Shown piece by piece: positions 9,377 through 17,663 of a DNA stretch of 20,057 nt; the stretch's first letter is position 1; each line of letters begins with the position of its first letter. The stretch is from positions 1 through 20,057 of the forward strand of contig PRDH01000010.1 in assembly GCA_003345545.1 (NCBI GenBank), given 5' to 3'. The notes under the pieces were generated by a model. That model did no database searches. It worked only from the letters and a program-made list of their open reading frames with translations, and was not told the DNA's origin. The translations under genes and the position numbers were made by a program. Origin of the DNA: Candidatus Thorarchaeota archaeon. Lineage in GTDB: Archaea > Asgardarchaeota > Thorarchaeia > Thorarchaeales > Thorarchaeaceae.

Positions 9377-10384
9377 TTGGCGGAACATATTCTTGAAGTC
9401 GAAGATCTCAGGGGCTATTATAGAGGCGTATTTGGCGTCGTTCATGCCATTGACGGTGTTTCATTTAGTTTAGACCGTGGAGTAATAATGGGTATTGCAG
9501 GCGAATCAGGCGGTGGCAAATCTACGCTTGCCCAACTTGTTTCAGGAACACCACCTCCATTGCTGCACCATGAGGGAGGAAGAATCCTAGTCGATGGGAT
9601 TGATATATACAACATAGACCCGGAGGAACTTAGAACAGAAGTCAAATGCAAGCGCATGTCCTATGTGCCTCAGGCCTCAATGGAGTCTCTAAATCCAGTC
9701 AAGAGGATTAGGGACTTCATCTTCGATGTCGTCGGACAGCGCACCCGTAGAAGAGTTTCCTCAAGTGAACGGAAAGAAGAAGTTCTTGAAATGGCAACGA
9801 GCCACATCAAGGCATTGGGATTGGACAGGTCAGTCTTGGATCGGTACCCGCACGAACTTAGCGGAGGCATGAAACAAAGGGTCGTAATTGCAATATCAAC
9901 CCTTTGGAATCCCAAGCTCCTTGTAATAGATGAACCGACCTCCGCCCTCGATGTGACCTCACAAAAACGTATGATAAAGGCTCTTCTGAATCTGAAGCAA
10001 GTCGGGATTATCGAAAGTATGTTGTACATATCTCATGACTTGACAAGTCTGAAACAGCTCTGCGACGAATGTATGGTCATGTATGCAGGGAAAATAGCAG
10101 AGATAGGCGACATGGATGGAACAATTGATGATCCGCTACATCCCTATACCCGCCTGCTGATAGCTGCAATTGCATCCTACGACTCGAGGGGAAAAAAGAC
10201 ATGCAAATTGGAATGCATCCCAGGATCACCTCCGGACCTAAGATCACCTCCGCCCGGGTGCAGGTTCCATCCACGATGCCCGTATGTCATGGACGTCTGC
10301 AGGAGCAGAGAGCCGGGGATGTTCATGGTCGGAGATGGAAAGAGGGGAGCATCTTGCTGGTTATTGACTTCAAAATCGGGGTAG
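9377..10384 (+). CDS. dppD: ABC transporter ATP-binding protein, DppD/OppD family
   Basis: Walker A GESGGGKST, signature LSGGMKQR, Walker B LLVIDEPT, H-loop ISHD, and an HPYT plus Cys-rich C-terminal domain (CRFHPRC...C...CW). Confidence 0.95.
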   Translation: MAEHILEVEDLRGYYRGVFGVVHAIDGVSFSLDRGVIMGIAGESGGGKSTLAQLVSGTPPPLLHHEGGRILVDGIDIYNIDPEELRTEVKCKRMSYVPQASMESLNPVKRIRDFIFDVVGQRTRRRVSSSERKEEVLEMATSHIKALGLDRSVLDRYPHELSGGMKQRVVIAISTLWNPKLLVIDEPTSALDVTSQKRMIKALLNLKQVGIIESMLYISHDLTSLKQLCDECMVMYAGKIAEIGDMDGTIDDPLHPYTRLLIAAIASYDSRGKKTCKLECIPGSPPDLRSPPPGCRFHPRCPYVMDVCRSREPGMFMVGDGKRGASCWLLTSKSG

Positions 10385-10388
10385 CAAA

Positions 10389-11201
10389 ATGGAAGACAAG
10401 CGCAAGACAGTCAACAAAGAGATTGTCCTTAGGTGTGAAGACCTGACCAAGATATACACCTCTGGTTTCATTAGAACAAAGACTGTCGTAGGCGCGAAGA
10501 ACGCAACTTTCGATATCAAAAGAGGGGAAATCGTTTCTCTTGCAGGTGAGAGTGGCAGTGGAAAATCAACGATAGCCAAGATGATACTGAGATTGATCGA
10601 GCCAACATCTGGCAATATCATTCTCAACGGTAGAAACATCCATTCATACAACACACGAGAATACTATAGGCAAGTACAAGCAGTATTTCAAGATCCCTAC
10701 TCTGCATTCAATCCATTCTACAAAGTCGACCATGTCATAGACAGAACATTTGGCCTCCGCGAAGGCAACCTTGAAGGTGACGAGAGAAGAGAAGTCATTG
10801 AATCCACGTTCATGTCTATTGGACTAAATACGAGTGAAGTGTTGGGCAGGTACCCTCACGAGCTGAGCGGTGGTCAAATGCAGAGGCTGCTTATCGGAAG
10901 ATCTCTTCTCATCGGTGCACAGCTGTTGATAGCCGATGAACCTACTAGCATGATAGATGCGTCCACTCGAGCTGGCGTCTTGAACCTACTTCTTAGTCTG
11001 AAAGAGGAAAAGGATTTGTCTGTACTATTCATAACGCACGACATCGGTCAAGCCCAGTACGTTTCTGAGAGAGTCCTCATTATGAAAGAAGGAGAAATAG
11101 TCGAACAAGGCTCTGTCAATGATGTCTTCACTAGACCAAAGCATCCGTACACAAAGGAACTTCTTGCAGCAGTACCAAGTCTATATGAAAAATGGGATTA
11201 G
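10389..11201 (+). CDS. dppF: ABC transporter ATP-binding protein, DppF/OppF family
   Basis: Walker A GESGSGKST, VFQDP, LSGGQMQR, LLIADEPT, FITHD and HPYT. Confidence 0.95.
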   Translation: MEDKRKTVNKEIVLRCEDLTKIYTSGFIRTKTVVGAKNATFDIKRGEIVSLAGESGSGKSTIAKMILRLIEPTSGNIILNGRNIHSYNTREYYRQVQAVFQDPYSAFNPFYKVDHVIDRTFGLREGNLEGDERREVIESTFMSIGLNTSEVLGRYPHELSGGQMQRLLIGRSLLIGAQLLIADEPTSMIDASTRAGVLNLLLSLKEEKDLSVLFITHDIGQAQYVSERVLIMKEGEIVEQGSVNDVFTRPKHPYTKELLAAVPSLYEKWD

Positions 11202-11204
11202 GTT

Positions 11205-11293
11205 GCCTTGATCTTTCCATGAAACCAGGCCGTTTTTCAATGGTAACGCTCTCCGGCAGAAGGCAGCACCCGAAAATGGCTTTGATCTTTCCA
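11205..11293. repeat. Two copies of GC(C/T)TTGATCTTTCCA (11205-11219 and 11279-11293)
   Basis: 14/15 identical direct repeat with a 74-bp period. Confidence 0.6.
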
Positions 11294-11490
11294 GTTGCAA
11301 CTTGAAACATCTCATATTTTTTCTTGGATTATATATATAATTCAATAATCACCTCCCTCTTAGTTTACGACTTTTTACAGCTATTCGCTATTTCTGCCAC
11401 TTTTTTTTCGCCAGAACACACATGATTGCTTATGTATTCCATTCAAGCATCCTATATTACTGCGGAATTACTTAGGAGGAGAAATACTAA

Positions 11491-13476
11491 GTGAGAAGAG
11501 AAAACAAGGTTGCAACCGCTATGATCATCAGTATCATGGTGTTTGCAATGGTATTATTCAGTTTCAATGCGAGACCAGTCCTTGCGCAAGCAACCGTACC
11601 GAGGAACGAGACGGTGTGGGGAGCTGGTTTCGGAATGAACACTGGAAGCTACCAAGCCTGGAACATGGGCTCAAACCAAGGCTGGACGACCTACCTGATG
11701 TATGAACCAATGTTCGGGACTAACGTAGCAACAGGAGAAATCATTGGCTGGCTAGGTGATAGTATCGCGTGGCTCAACACCACCACTATCCAGATAACAC
11801 TTCGGAGCAATCTTCACTGGACTTCCATAGGCAGCAGCCTCGCCACCAACACCACAGCGATAACGACCGATGATGTCATCTACTCGTTCGAAATCCTTCA
11901 ACAGACCGGTCAACTCGGTTCGCTCGTGCAGAGAGTAGGAGACGTCAGCACCGCCTTCGAAAAAGTGAGTGCCACAGTATTGAAGGTACACGTACTACCG
12001 TCCTATGACGGGAGCAGCGAGGTGTACCGCCAACTGACATATGGCTGGCTCATATTCCCCAAGGCTGTCTGGTCGGACATCAACGCGACATATAGTGGCG
12101 CCTTATCGACATACACTAATGACTGGCAGGATACCACAATGGTGCCAGCCAAGTGGAGGGTCGCGTCTGGAATGTACCTACCGTACTATCATGATGCTAC
12201 AAGCACGATTGGTGTGATTAACGAGAACTGGTGGGGCGTAGATGACACAGATTTCGGTAGATTGCCGAAGCCAAACTACTTCGGATACACATCATACTCT
12301 AGCAACGACCTTGCACTCCTCGCCATGGAGCGTGGAGATCTTGATTGGGACGGTAATTATCTTGCAGGACTAACGACAGTCAAGGCACAATACCCGAACG
12401 TAGTTACCTACTTCGATGACCTGCCATACTTCCCAGACAAGTCACCAGTAATGCTAGTTCCAAACCATAAGAACTACCCACTGAATCAGACTTGGCTGCA
12501 CAAGGCTCTCGCCTCTGTGCTGAACTACACTGCCATGAGTGACGTTTCGAGTGGCTACTTGAAGGAGCCTAGTCCCATGCTGATACCCGCAGACGACGCA
12601 GCTGCCAGAGCATTATTGAATTCAACAATCGAATCCAAGTACGCAATTACCTACAACGTGGCCAATGCGCTTGCGATTCTAAACACATACTGCACCTATG
12701 ACAGTGTAGGTGGAGTATGGTGGACGAAGGCGGGAGTCACACCCAGCGATCCCATCCAGCACTATCCACTCCAGGAGTGGAACTATCCATATTCTAATGC
12801 GACTGCTCCGTGGACTATCTTGGACTTCATGGGGTGGACAGACGTTAATGCTATGGATACAGTGGCAGCTCAGTCATTCTCCAGCCTGCTCAATATACAG
12901 ACTCAAGTGGAATTCATTAGCGGCTGGGGTACTGTCCAGGTAAGGATGAACAATTTCCAGTTCGATCTTGCGGACATGGTTATGTCGGGACAGATAAACA
13001 TGAACATGTATGAGCGCTACTTCCAGATGTTCTCGCCACTCAGCTCTAGCGCGGGTGGAGGAGTCAATGCGCCTCTAGGCGGCTGGTATAACCAAACGTT
13101 CATCAACGACATAGAGCTGCTTGATACTTTCCCTGCTGGCTCGGCCGCACAATGGGCCGTCGCTAACGAGATGCAAGAGATCCTTGGTGAAGTCATGCCT
13201 GTTATTCCACTGGCAGGACACGCTGACTGGCAAGTCTATAGCACTACGTACTGGAAGAACTGGCCCAACAGCGTGACCAATCCAATGCTACCAAGCAGTC
13301 CCTTCGCTGGCACTACGCAGAATGCAAACCTGCTCGCAATCGTCTTCGCCTTGAACGCAACAGGGGCTACAACGACTCTGCCGCCGGACTACACACTTGT
13401 CATAGTAGGAGCAGTAATAGTCGTCGCGGTGATAGCTATAGTAGTTGTGTGGTACATTCGTAGACCAGGCAAGTAA
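11491..13476 (+). CDS. ABC substrate-binding protein, family 5, cello-oligosaccharide/beta-glucoside-binding type (Thermotoga TM0031/BglE-like), archaeal C-terminal TM anchor
   Basis: SD AGGAGGAG before the GTG and a signal peptide ending VLA-Q. VPRNETVW, YEPMFG, SNDLALLAMERGDLDWDG and VYSTTYWKNWP resemble TmCBP-like proteins (from memory). A Thr-rich linker, TM helix and basic tail (RRPGK) end the protein. Confidence 0.9.
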   Translation: MRRENKVATAMIISIMVFAMVLFSFNARPVLAQATVPRNETVWGAGFGMNTGSYQAWNMGSNQGWTTYLMYEPMFGTNVATGEIIGWLGDSIAWLNTTTIQITLRSNLHWTSIGSSLATNTTAITTDDVIYSFEILQQTGQLGSLVQRVGDVSTAFEKVSATVLKVHVLPSYDGSSEVYRQLTYGWLIFPKAVWSDINATYSGALSTYTNDWQDTTMVPAKWRVASGMYLPYYHDATSTIGVINENWWGVDDTDFGRLPKPNYFGYTSYSSNDLALLAMERGDLDWDGNYLAGLTTVKAQYPNVVTYFDDLPYFPDKSPVMLVPNHKNYPLNQTWLHKALASVLNYTAMSDVSSGYLKEPSPMLIPADDAAARALLNSTIESKYAITYNVANALAILNTYCTYDSVGGVWWTKAGVTPSDPIQHYPLQEWNYPYSNATAPWTILDFMGWTDVNAMDTVAAQSFSSLLNIQTQVEFISGWGTVQVRMNNFQFDLADMVMSGQINMNMYERYFQMFSPLSSSAGGGVNAPLGGWYNQTFINDIELLDTFPAGSAAQWAVANEMQEILGEVMPVIPLAGHADWQVYSTTYWKNWPNSVTNPMLPSSPFAGTTQNANLLAIVFALNATGATTTLPPDYTLVIVGAVIVVAVIAIVVVWYIRRPGK

Positions 13477-13486
13477 ACATAAGAGA

Positions 13487-13527
13487 GGAGGTTGCTGATG
13501 AAGATCGCAACCTTCCCTTTTTTCTTT
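13487..13527 (+). terminator. Hairpin plus U-tract terminator after the SBP gene
   Basis: GGAGGTTGC (13487-13495) pairs with GCAACCTTC (13507-13515, one G-U pair), followed by TTTTTTCTTT (13518-13527). Confidence 0.7.
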
Positions 13528-13663
13528 ATGAGGACTGACAAGTCACTTGGTTTTCTTTTGGGCTATTGCATAGATCATATAGAGAGCAAGCCAATTGTCC
13601 GTTCATATTTGCCCTCAAACACATCACCTCTCTTGCACCCCGAGGAATTCTGAACAAAGATGA

Positions 13664-16045
13664 CTACTCACGGCTTCGGAGAGCATGCTCTATAGCCCAG
13701 ATTGACAAGGGACGCATATACATCGAGGCTCTGAAATCACCTTGTTCAGTCCATGCCTCAGGCGTCCGAAACCAGTAGCCTCTCTCCTTGTATGTCATAT
13801 TATGAACGCCAAATGCTGTCTTTAGCCCCTGCTCAACAAGCCCCTGATGAATCATGAATGCTGCAAGCGCATAGGTCGTTCCTGTCCAGACTTCTGAGCT
13901 CTGAGCACAGGTGTCGTCAGGTGTTCCATCAGGACGCATTCCATTCACCGCGCCCATTTGACCGAACTGAAATCTTAGTACATTGAAATTGTAAATTGCC
14001 TGCAAAGCTGATATTGCATTCTTACTGGGCGTTATATCTGGTAGACCGCAAACATGCATGTACCACTGCCCTGCCAGTTGATCAGCCATAATGCTGTCAT
14101 GATGTTTTGCATTGCTACCGTCGAAGTTGTAATACTGTCCATTCCAGAGCTTCTCATCAAAGGCCCGTTTCCCGTTTTCTAAAATAAAATGATACTTCTT
14201 CTCCGTACTTCCATCTCCGAGCCTTTGCGCCATGGCAATCATTGCTTGAGCTGCGCCTAGATACAGACTGCCACAATAAGCGCTGGGACCCTCCATCCTC
14301 CAATTGTCATATGTCTGATCAGGGATTCCTTCGTTTTCGGGGATGCCATCAGAATCCTTGTCGAATGCGTCAACGTATTCCATTGCTTGTTTTACCGCGG
14401 GCCAGCAATACTTCAAAAATCCCTCATCATTTGTGAACACGTAGTTCCTATAAATTTGAAGTACGAACTTTGAATTCAGATCCTTCCATCTTCCGCAATC
14501 TAAGTAGGCGTAAGCATTTGACAGATACCAAGGATCCTCTTGAGGCGTTCCCAGGTCATGAGGCACAGAGCCCTTCCGTTTTCTCGGAACTACCTTCTTA
14601 TCAACAAGCAAAGTGTGTGGACTGTTGTCTTCAATATCAATTGTAGCAGCGAAGTCTCGCTGAATGCCGTTGTCAAGCTCAGGCCAATTCATTAAGGTTG
14701 CAAATGACGAGTAAAATAAAACATCGTAAGTGTTGATGTATGGATACTCAAAACACTCTAGATATCCAAAGTGCCCCAACCCCCTTACATCTAATTTCCC
14801 ATCAACTTCTCCAACGACCCATGATGAACTGCTGTCAACAAGGAAATATAACTCATTGAAAAGACTAGACTTGAGCCATGTGGGTCGGTTTGACTCCAGA
14901 ATAGGTCTTTGCCACTCCTCAATCATGTCCATCCAAGTTCGCCAACTATCCAGAGCTTCTGTGACTAGGGGAATGGCAGATCTTCCATCTTCTCCGAAAA
15001 ACCGGGTATAGTATTTATACCATCTTCGCCCTTTTCCGAATTGGATTATCGGGATATCCCAACTTATTGCGAAGATTATCTCGGCCGATTCTTTAGGTTC
15101 GAGTCGCATCTTGGCACATAGTGCTCCTCCCTCCTTGTGAGAACGTATAGATGATCTTGGTACAGATTCCACTAGGAACCCTTCTCTCTTGAAACTCTGC
15201 CACAACTCACGACCTTTTGATTCGGTATCGAAATTCGAGCAACTTGTGAGTTCCGTATCTTCTGTCCCCTCAACTCCCATTCCAAATGAGACCGGACTTG
15301 CCGCTTCGCTACGTTCCTGTTGGAGCTCCAAAAGAAGTCGATTAGGGCTTGGAGAATCGACCAGTATATGAGTGCCATCGATTTTTGGCTGGGTTGGAGA
15401 TACAGAATTCTCCCAAGTGAACATTAGTGAAACATCAAGTCTATCATCTATGACATTACTAAGCAACCAAGAGAAGACACCTACAGGGTAGGAACTCTCT
15501 CGATAATTGCCTCCAATAACTGGAGTCAGCTGCTGGCATATGGCTTCAATTCCAATATCACGGAAGTTATAGGTTGTCCATGCTCGAGGGAATAATGCAT
15601 AATATGTAGCCCTAGAAGCTCGCATTCCCCAATTCCACGAACTCAACCGAGCTTCATCAGAAACTCTCGGATTTAGAGTCTGAAGAAATGGTCTACCTTT
15701 CCCCTGAACTCTCAAGTGAAACTGATTGGGCAAAGAGGGGTGGTATTCGTGAGCTCCTGTTCGAAGATGCCATCTTGCGAAGTCCCCCATGTAGCCGCGT
15801 CCAATGCTTCCGCAGCCCATGCCCCCGATTGGAACACCTTGATTATATCCATCATCAATTGGTCTTGTTGGTGGACACGGCAGCATTTCCCAGAATTGCT
15901 CGTCAAGGTCAATTGGTACTTCTGCTAGGCTAGGCCATACCATACTAGGTTCAAGTCCCATAGGATAACTTCTGGGTCTTCCAGGCTGCAATGGACCCTC
16001 GTTTAATGAGATTCTCCAAGCGCAATCTGGTATTTGGAATGGCAT
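13664..16045 (-). CDS. GH116 beta-glucosidase (GBA2/non-lysosomal glucosylceramidase-like, TxGH116-like)
   Basis: GVPIGGMGCGSIGR, YYALFPRAWT, NYRESSYPVG, LFNELYF, nucleophile motif FGYLECFEY...TYDV, PHDLG, WKDLNSKFVLQ, acid/base motif PDQTYDNW, EVWTG, RTPEA and YMRPLSIWA. ATG 16045 with GGAGA upstream is preferred over 16072. Confidence 0.95.
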   Translation of the reverse strand: MPFQIPDCAWRISLNEGPLQPGRPRSYPMGLEPSMVWPSLAEVPIDLDEQFWEMLPCPPTRPIDDGYNQGVPIGGMGCGSIGRGYMGDFARWHLRTGAHEYHPSLPNQFHLRVQGKGRPFLQTLNPRVSDEARLSSWNWGMRASRATYYALFPRAWTTYNFRDIGIEAICQQLTPVIGGNYRESSYPVGVFSWLLSNVIDDRLDVSLMFTWENSVSPTQPKIDGTHILVDSPSPNRLLLELQQERSEAASPVSFGMGVEGTEDTELTSCSNFDTESKGRELWQSFKREGFLVESVPRSSIRSHKEGGALCAKMRLEPKESAEIIFAISWDIPIIQFGKGRRWYKYYTRFFGEDGRSAIPLVTEALDSWRTWMDMIEEWQRPILESNRPTWLKSSLFNELYFLVDSSSSWVVGEVDGKLDVRGLGHFGYLECFEYPYINTYDVLFYSSFATLMNWPELDNGIQRDFAATIDIEDNSPHTLLVDKKVVPRKRKGSVPHDLGTPQEDPWYLSNAYAYLDCGRWKDLNSKFVLQIYRNYVFTNDEGFLKYCWPAVKQAMEYVDAFDKDSDGIPENEGIPDQTYDNWRMEGPSAYCGSLYLGAAQAMIAMAQRLGDGSTEKKYHFILENGKRAFDEKLWNGQYYNFDGSNAKHHDSIMADQLAGQWYMHVCGLPDITPSKNAISALQAIYNFNVLRFQFGQMGAVNGMRPDGTPDDTCAQSSEVWTGTTYALAAFMIHQGLVEQGLKTAFGVHNMTYKERGYWFRTPEAWTEQGDFRASMYMRPLSIWAIEHALRSRE

Positions 16046-16068
16046 TGCAACGTCTCCATGGGCGGTAT

Positions 16069-16135
16069 CCAATCAACTGCTGATTGGCAAGCTACAATCT
16101 ACTGCAAAACCCGTTAAGTGTTTTTTATTTTGCAG
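16069..16135. promoter_or_regulatory. Two inverted repeats upstream of GH116: CCAATCA-N5-TGATTGG and CTGCAAAA-N18-TTTTGCAG
   Basis: Perfect 7-bp (16069-16087) and 8-bp (16102-16135) arms in a short intergenic region. Confidence 0.35.
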
Positions 16136-16170
16136 AATACAGGTGTTAGAAGGTATACGACTCTCTTTTT

Positions 16171-16701
16171 TTAAATTGGGAGAGCAAAGACATACCATCC
16201 CTCTCCTTCTAGAGGCTTCGGTGCCTCCCTGTATCCCCTCTTTCTGCAGAGTGCCGTAGCCGATAGGTCATCAGTATAGTAGACAATCCCATCAAAGCCT
16301 CTCTCCGCAGTAAATCCCTCGAAGAAGTCAAAGAAACGGTTTCCGTATCCCTTCCCTCTTTTTTCTGTCCTCAACCAGACCTCGTGCAATTCTACGAGAT
16401 TGTCCTTCTCTCCCCCGAAGAGTTGGCGTAACACCCTTCTGTCCTCTTCATCGCGAGAGTCTCCCGGAATCATCTCTTCGTTGCTTGTCTCATGCCAGAT
16501 GGTGTGGCCAACAATGTTATGGCCTTGTCTCCAGACGATAAGGTGGGCGGGGTTTCTCTTGATGTGGTCGAGCTCACTTTTTCCCAGTTCTTTTGAACTG
16601 GGTTCAACTAGTCCCTTGGATTCATAGAATTGATGGAGATCATGAAGAGATTCATAGTACTTCTTGAACAGCTCAAGATCGTATCCAACAATAAACTCCA
16701 A
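16171..16701 (-). CDS. GNAT family N-acetyltransferase
   Basis: Acetyl-CoA motif A (LHEVWLRTEKRGKGYG), beta strand IVGHTIW, C-terminal ALCRKRGY, and GGAG upstream of the TTG. Confidence 0.85.
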   Translation of the reverse strand: MEFIVGYDLELFKKYYESLHDLHQFYESKGLVEPSSKELGKSELDHIKRNPAHLIVWRQGHNIVGHTIWHETSNEEMIPGDSRDEEDRRVLRQLFGGEKDNLVELHEVWLRTEKRGKGYGNRFFDFFEGFTAERGFDGIVYYTDDLSATALCRKRGYREAPKPLEGEGWYVFALPI

Positions 16702-16758
16702 AGTATACAGCTCCTCCAGACAGGAACTGCATGCTCGGATTAGATAAGAATGCGGCGA

Positions 16759-17526
16759 TTATGCCGCCCTTGCGTTCGCCCTGAGAATCGCCTCGACCTT
16801 GTTAAGAAGAGGCGCTATGTCGGGATTGTTGATGTTGATGATGACCGAAACAGAGAGGTCAGCAATCTCTTCCTTGCCCTTCTTATCCTTGTATGGCACA
16901 TCGACCTTGTAGTTGACGCGGTCGTTGATCTTGGCCCTGAATCCCTTGGCTTCTTGTTCAATATTGTAGCAGCCCTTGATCGGGTACATGACACCGTAGT
17001 TCACCATGGTGCCGGAGCCGCCTGCTATGGACTTCGCAATCTGATCCATGATTGACTTGTTATACATGTAGCTGCCCAGCTGAATCATGCTCAAGAACGC
17101 GAACATGCCGCCTCCGCTCACCCTTGCAGCCTTTGCCTCTTGTACGCCGGTCGCAATGATACGGTAGTTCGACACGAAGATGTTGCCTTTGATTTGAGAC
17201 TTGCCAGTCTCGACCCAGCCATCTGCGATGACCGCGAACTCCTCGCCCGGCAGCTTACAGAAGTTCTGAACGAAGAATTTCTCGTATTCAGAGAGCTTGG
17301 ACGGGTTCTTTGCCCGCATCATCTTATCGAAAAGTATGTATCCCTTTTCCGAAAAGGCCTGAGGATCCACCATGATGGCCTCCTTCATCGCCTCGCCAAA
17401 AGGCTGATATTGCGACGAGTCAATCTTTCCGAAAGCATCCATCAACTTCTTTCCTGCGTCTCCGGACTTTCCTTTCTTCATTGACTCGACGACTTCAATC
17501 TTTAGTTTTGCTAGGTCTACGCCCAT
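16759..17526 (-). CDS. Hypothetical protein with an N-terminal helical region and a putative PH/GRAM-like domain
   Basis: 255-aa ORF with GAGGT SD and CTTAATA (17583-17589) upstream; LPGE...IKGNIFVSNYRII...YPIKGCYNIE and a C-terminal helix fit a PH-like pattern. Confidence 0.75.
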   Translation of the reverse strand: MGVDLAKLKIEVVESMKKGKSGDAGKKLMDAFGKIDSSQYQPFGEAMKEAIMVDPQAFSEKGYILFDKMMRAKNPSKLSEYEKFFVQNFCKLPGEEFAVIADGWVETGKSQIKGNIFVSNYRIIATGVQEAKAARVSGGGMFAFLSMIQLGSYMYNKSIMDQIAKSIAGGSGTMVNYGVMYPIKGCYNIEQEAKGFRAKINDRVNYKVDVPYKDKKGKEEIADLSVSVIININNPDIAPLLNKVEAILRANARAA

Positions 17527-17663
17527 TTCAAGAACCTCGGTATTACTGAATTACCAAACTGTGGTTGTTTGAGGGCCTGAGATATTAAGGATAGCTTGGA
17601 TATGCTCGAGAGAGTCTCGTAACTCGAACCGACTCATTCCTGAGATTCTTATCTTAGGTTCTG

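Noticed and set aside
11221-11255. TGGTAACGCTCTCC, resembling a LacI/CelR operator
   Set aside because: Poor symmetry, single copy, and no LacI-family gene in the window.
11348-11358. ATCACCTCC, resembling the 16S rRNA 3' end
   Set aside because: No flanking rRNA sequence; better read as a minus-strand SD or an anti-SD.
7428-13476. ABC system as the importer for the candidate signalling peptide
   Set aside because: Although it is Opp/Dpp family, the SBP and permease motifs and the glycosidase context point to oligosaccharides.
16750-17484. Plus-strand ORFs 16750-17055 and 17140-17484
   Set aside because: Antisense shadows of the 255-aa gene; no recognisable motifs.
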